From Anaeramoeba ignava BMAN (taxonomy: Eukaryota; Protista; Anaeramoebae): 64,000 nucleotides of DNA. The stretch is taken from positions 310,001-374,000 of the forward strand of contig JAPDFW010000072.1 in NCBI GenBank assembly GCA_028826165.1, written 5' to 3'. Both the position numbers and the translations under genes were made by a program. Numbering within the stretch: the stretch's first letter is position 1; every line of letters begins with the position of its first letter. The notes beneath the pieces were generated by a model, which was given only the letters and a program-made list of their open reading frames with translations, was not told the origin of the DNA and did no database searches. Below are positions 62,284 through 64,000 of this stretch, one piece after another.

Positions 62284-64000
62284 TTAATTTGTAAAATGTC
62301 CAATTTTTAAAATTCCATTTTCTAATCCAAGAAGAAAAAAACCTTTTTCAATAATTGAAATGGAATAAATTTTTTCTTTTAAATTAATTTTTTTTGAATT
62401 TAAATTATTTAATTTTCTAATTTCAAGAATTTCAAGAATTCCTTTTTCTCCTCCTAAAAATAGAAAATTTAAATCTTCTGTAATTGCGATTGAATAAATA
62501 TTTTGTGAGCATTTAATTTCTTTTATCAAATATCCATTAATTGAAAATAATCTCAAAATATTTGAATTTTGTGAAAATGTAATAATATTTGCCTCTTTTG
62601 TTATTTGAATAATTGAAATTGGTTGATTATCTGATAAAATTATTGATTGAATTGGCTTTTTTTTGATTAATGAATGGAATATTAATTTCCCATCAACAGA
62701 TCCACTTAAAACAACATCATATTCAATTGATATTGCAACACTTTTCACTTCATTTTCATGTTCAAAAAAACTATGGTTTGAATTATCTTTCACTTTTCCT
62801 TCTTTCAAATCAAGTTCCCAAACAATGACTCTTGTATCTTTTGATCCTGTAACAAGATATTTCCAATCGATTGCTAAACAATTCACAACATCTTGATGCT
62901 TTGAAATACTCTGAATCATTTTGAAATTTTCTATTTTAAAAATCTTGAAACTATCATCACAAAATCCACAACAAATTAAATAATTGGAATCCTTACTAAT
63001 TGCAAATGCTTGTTGAAAATTATTGAAATCTTTTGAAAATGGAACTCCAATTTTTTCATATTTTTCTTGTTTAATTTTTTGGTCCATTGTAAAATTAATT
63101 TGAATAGTATTTGGATTTGCATTCGTATTTGCATTTACATTTTGGAAAGATATTTTATGGTTTCCAATAATTCTTTCTTTATCAATTGTGATAAACTGAT
63201 ACAATGATAATGCATTTGAATTTTTTTGGAGATGTGTAAATATAATTGGGGTTGAATATATTAAGAAGTCATCAGTTGTTAAATTTTTTGATAAGAAATT
63301 ATTTATCGTAGATTCCCGCAAATTCCTCGATCTTTTTGGATGTTTTTGTTTAAATAACTGAACTGGAACTTGTCCTTTTGCTTTGATCTCCATCTCGATT
63401 TCTTTTTTATGTTCCCCTCCTAATTCCGAGATATCAACATTTTCTTCATATGAATTTGGATGAAATAAATTTTCGGATTTTTTGGCTTGTTCTCCCTTTT
63501 GTTTATATCCAAATATCAAATCGATCCATTCATCAAGATGTTCTGAAACATAGTCTGATTCAAGTGCTTCTTTATGTTTTCGAATAAATTCTTCGGGTGT
63601 TTTAGCCCATGCTGGAAGTAGAACATCTTTTTTTTGCTCAATATTTCGATTTACATTTTTGAAATTTTTTGTTTCCCTTAGGAAATCTGGTAAATGGAAG
63701 AATTCTGGAATAAGTTCTCCAAAATCTGTACTTGATTCTTTGATTTTTTGCCATTTTTCTTGAATTGAATTGAAAATGGGGAAATTTCTTGTTTTGGGAC
63801 AAATTGAAGTAAATGGTTCTAATCTAATCAAATACGAAGAAACAACTTCTGGATTTGAATAAAGATTCTGATAATGGAATTGAAATATTTTTGGTTTTGC
63901 TTTTCCTTTATGTTTTTCTTTATGTGTTGTGGTTTCATTCTTGAAAGTTCCAATAGGTTTAGATAAATCTCTAAACTTTCCTCCTTTCTCAGGATCCACT
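62284..64000 (-). CDS. BEACH + WD40 protein, C-terminal part (5' end lies beyond the window)
   Basis: FRDLSKPIG, YLIRLEPF, ELIPEFF, LPAWA, ALESDYVSEHLDEWIDLIFGYKQKG, GQVPVQLF..HP, then WD40 repeats (HQDVVNCL, TGSKD..VW). Confidence 0.9.
   Translation of the reverse strand, partial: VDPEKGGKFRDLSKPIGTFKNETTTHKEKHKGKAKPKIFQFHYQNLYSNPEVVSSYLIRLEPFTSICPKTRNFPIFNSIQEKWQKIKESSTDFGELIPEFFHLPDFLRETKNFKNVNRNIEQKKDVLLPAWAKTPEEFIRKHKEALESDYVSEHLDEWIDLIFGYKQKGEQAKKSENLFHPNSYEENVDISELGGEHKKEIEMEIKAKGQVPVQLFKQKHPKRSRNLRESTINNFLSKNLTTDDFLIYSTPIIFTHLQKNSNALSLYQFITIDKERIIGNHKISFQNVNANTNANPNTIQINFTMDQKIKQEKYEKIGVPFSKDFNNFQQAFAISKDSNYLICCGFCDDSFKIFKIENFKMIQSISKHQDVVNCLAIDWKYLVTGSKDTRVIVWELDLKEGKVKDNSNHSFFEHENEVKSVAISIEYDVVLSGSVDGKLIFHSLIKKKPIQSIILSDNQPISIIQITKEANIITFSQNSNILRLFSINGYLIKEIKCSQNIYSIAITEDLNFLFLGGEKGILEILEIRKLNNLNSKKINLKEKIYSISIIEKGFFLLGLENGILKIGHFTN

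Overview
This is very AT-rich eukaryotic (protist) genomic DNA with short GT-AG introns, many filled with tandem repeats, and N/Q-rich low-complexity proteins. The intein, BTB-TLDc and ankyrin-BTB genes and NQ repeats suggest an Anaeramoeba-like anaerobic amoeba (inference only). About 20 protein genes can be reconstructed by hand: a PH protein, an LD-motif/beta-helix protein, a frameshifted unknown gene, Ras, FANCM/Mph1 helicase, SBP2-like SECIS-binding protein, copine, Rab5-like GTPase, Alba, DNA2, a FIRRM/FLIP-like protein, GPN3, two BTB-TLDc proteins, an expansin-like membrane protein, a degenerate metallophosphoesterase, a cyclin, SLX1, ankyrin-BTB and a partial BEACH-WD40. Three things stand out. 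(1) A 64-codon minus-strand gene missing from the ORF track has in-frame TGA at codons 3 and 63 and a pattern-matching type II SECIS in its 3' UTR; it lies tail-to-tail with the SBP2 gene and is a candidate new two-Sec selenoprotein. (2) A 507-aa intein with a degenerate LAGLIDADG domain sits in helicase motif V of FANCM. (3) An intron in a BTB-TLDc gene is a tandem array of nine complete mini-introns separated by variable 3-4 nt candidate micro-exons.
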